Origin: Gammaproteobacteria bacterium
GTDB taxonomy: Bacteria; Pseudomonadota; Gammaproteobacteria; Eutrophobiales; Eutrophobiaceae
DNA: 64,000 nt
NCBI GenBank assembly: GCA_963422205.2
Contig: CAXMWX010000001.1
Span: forward strand, 128,001 to 192,000
Direction: 5' to 3'
Part shown: in pieces, positions 62,898-64,000 of the stretch
Layout of the letters: the number at the start of each line of letters is the position of its first letter
How positions within the stretch are numbered: position 1 is the stretch's first letter
Made by a program: the position numbers and the translations under genes
Notes under the pieces: model-generated
Seen by the model: the letters and a program-made list of their open reading frames with translations, nothing else
What the model was told of the DNA's origin: nothing
The model's database searches: none

Positions 62898-64000
62898 CCC
62901 CGGCACTCGTTGAATCGTTGCGGGCAGATTCGGCGGCGGTTTCTCTCGCCTTGCGCCTTGCCTTGCCCCGGGCGACTGCGGCCTTAACATAGGCGGCCCT
63001 GTTCTCTGCTGTGTCCTCTGCTGCATCGCAGGGATTCTGTTTTGCGGCCCTCTGCCCGGACAGACGTTCGTTGCGGCTCTCAACGCGTTGCAAATTCGCC
63101 GCATTATCATAAAGCCGCCTCTCCTCAGCAGCGATCTCGGCCTTGGCAAAGCGGTAGTATTGCACCAGAGGAATATGGCTGGGACAGACATAAGCGCAGC
63201 AGCCGCACTCGATACAGTCAAACAAATGATGCGTCTGCATCGGCTTGAACTGCTCGCTTCGGGCATACCAGTAGAGTTGTTGCGGCAGTAGATTGGCCGG
63301 ACACACCGGCATGCAGGCACCGCAGCGAATACAGGGTAACTCTGCCTGCGGTGGGGGTTTGTTTTCCACCAGAATGCAGTTCGTGGTCTTAATCACCGGG
63401 ATGTTCGGCTGGGTGACCTGGATCCCCATCATGGGGCCGCCCAGGATCACGCGATGCTTATCAGTATGCTCATAGCCGCAGGTCTGAAGGCAATCTTTCA
63501 CTGGCGTACCCAGCAAAACTTGCAGGTTACCCGGGGCATCCACCTGCCCGGTGACCGTCACATAACGGGAGATGATCGGCTCACCACGGGTAACCGCACG
63601 ATAGACGGCGGCGGCGGTCGCGACATTATGAATCACGATGCCAACGTGAATGGGCAGGCCGCCACTCGGCACGGCTTTATTGGTCAACACCTTGATGAGT
63701 TGCTTCTCACCGCCGGCCGGATAACGTGTCGGCACACTGACCAACTCCAGATCATCATCGATCAATTTTGCCAGACAGTCATAGGCGGCCTGCATGTCAT
63801 CTTCAACCGCAATGACACAGTGTTTTGCCTGCACGGCATGGCGGATCATCTTCGCACCGGCAACGATATAACTGGCTTTTTCCTGGATCAGGCGATCATC
63901 GCAGCTGATATGTGGCTCGCACTCCACGCCATTAATAATGAGTGTCTCCACCGCATTGTCCACCCCCTCGCAGATTTTCACATGCGCCGGAAACCCCGCA
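62890..64000 (-). CDS. rnfC: Rnf electron transport complex subunit C (5' end lies beyond the window)
   Basis: AGFPAHVK, NGVECEP, YPAGGEKQL, GGPMMG, CIRCGAC...CP, CIECGCCAYVCP. Confidence 0.94.
   Translation of the reverse strand, partial: AGFPAHVKICEGVDNAVETLIINGVECEPHISCDDRLIQEKASYIVAGAKMIRHAVQAKHCVIAVEDDMQAAYDCLAKLIDDDLELVSVPTRYPAGGEKQLIKVLTNKAVPSGGLPIHVGIVIHNVATAAAVYRAVTRGEPIISRYVTVTGQVDAPGNLQVLLGTPVKDCLQTCGYEHTDKHRVILGGPMMGIQVTQPNIPVIKTTNCILVENKPPPQAELPCIRCGACMPVCPANLLPQQLYWYARSEQFKPMQTHHLFDCIECGCCAYVCPSHIPLVQYYRFAKAEIAAEERRLYDNAANLQRVESRNERLSGQRAAKQNPCDAAEDTAENRAAYVKAAVARGKARRKARETAAESARNDSTSAGDA

Overview
Chromosomal window from a GC-rich Gammaproteobacterium; the lineage cannot be fixed from sequence alone. 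Housekeeping genes dominate: class I fumarase, acnA, mnmA, nudJ, yhdP, rng, dxs, pgi, phrB, cysD-cysNC, tRNA-Arg(CCT), folA, apaGH, aroE, rsmA-pdxA-surA-lptD and rnfC(partial)-D-G. Accessory blocks are: (i) an AT-rich BsoBI/AvaI-type type II R-M pair at the left edge, whose endonuclease seems to lack 7 conserved residues just after the catalytic region; (ii) a hopanoid-tailoring/transport arm (mlaA-hpnM-hpnB-hpnH, divergent dxs) next to a phosphonate operon (cytidylyltransferase, PEP mutase-NTP transferase fusion, phosphonopyruvate decarboxylase, no aepZ), followed by a divergent kinase-cNMP gene; (iii) a nitrogen locus with a TorF/NlmA-like porin, two tandem P-II genes and amtB, with recognisable NtrC and sigma54 sites; (iv) orphan signalling and transport genes. 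Three genes carry single-base frameshifts (comM, the TorF-like porin, dctQ). There are many 11-24 bp tandem duplications, and several normally conserved gene orders are broken (rsmA|apaG split, no rnfE after rnfG). This suggests genome decay/slippage or assembly error. No CRISPR array, IS, integrase or prophage was seen. The best candidate for an undescribed system is the hopanoid-phosphonate lipid cluster. All family assignments come from motif recognition, not database searches.
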